From contig JANJGN010000004.1 of the NCBI GenBank assembly GCA_026770705.1, positions 145,328,001-145,392,000 of the forward strand: a stretch of 64,000 bases of DNA, written 5' to 3'. Position 1 is the first letter of the stretch; each line of letters begins with the position of its first letter. This DNA comes from Isurus oxyrinchus (Eukaryota). Below are positions 63,701 through 64,000 of the stretch, piece after piece. The notes beneath the pieces were generated by a model, which did not search any database, was not told where the DNA came from, and saw only the letters and a list, made by a program, of their open reading frames with translations. Both the position numbers and the translations under genes were made by a program.

Positions 63701-64000
63701 CAGCCAGCCCTTCTTCCTGAGGGTGCTGCTCCTCTCTCTGCGCAGCCAGGCACCTCCATCACTCTCTTCTCAGCCATCTCCACTTTCTGTAAACCATGAG
63801 GCACACAGTTAGTTCACCAGGCTCCATGCTCCTGATGTACTCCTCCTGCTGGATGAAACAGAGAGACATGTGGGTTAGCTTGGGTATTCTAAGCACCTCT
63901 CTTGGTTAAGTCTGAAGGCCCCCTAATGCATCCCAGAGAGTGCTTGCCACTACTTGAATGGCCAGAGTTTAGTGCACTGCATAGCTGCCCAAGACCCCAT

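Larger units (their letters stand above)
59815..64000. mobile_element. Two-gene PIF/Harbinger DNA transposon (formerly autonomous), running off the window end
   Basis: Left TIR gggtggaatctttcc preceded by TAT; convergent Myb/SANT gene (+) and transposase (-). Confidence 0.92.

Overview
Eukaryotic (vertebrate) genomic DNA, most likely a cartilaginous fish (shark-like). That assignment is inferred from the repeat families, not from a marker gene. The window is mostly a nested pile of decayed transposable elements: many CR1 LINEs (one retaining an ORF1 with Zn-finger and SGNH-esterase), RTE, L2-like and Tx1 LINE fragments, two Gypsy LTR retrotransposons, several solo LTRs, and PIF/Harbinger elements (a two-gene element with spliced Myb/SANT gene plus HARBI1-type transposase, internally deleted derivatives, and MITEs with 3-bp TSDs). 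Also present are SINEs and four short Penelope-type inserts carrying degenerate hammerhead-ribozyme cores. No intact, recognisable host protein-coding gene was found; nearly all ORF-track entries are TE fragments or chance ORFs. Best leads: hammerhead-bearing mini-inserts with long TSDs, a Tx1 ORF1 with a 30-bp coding repeat, two templated (template-switch) insertions inside the Gypsy elements, a head-to-head LTR pair, conserved hairpins in a MITE family, and two weak host-exon or signal-peptide candidates. I cannot support a claim of a wholly new biological system. Family calls come from motif recognition by eye, and many boundaries are approximate.
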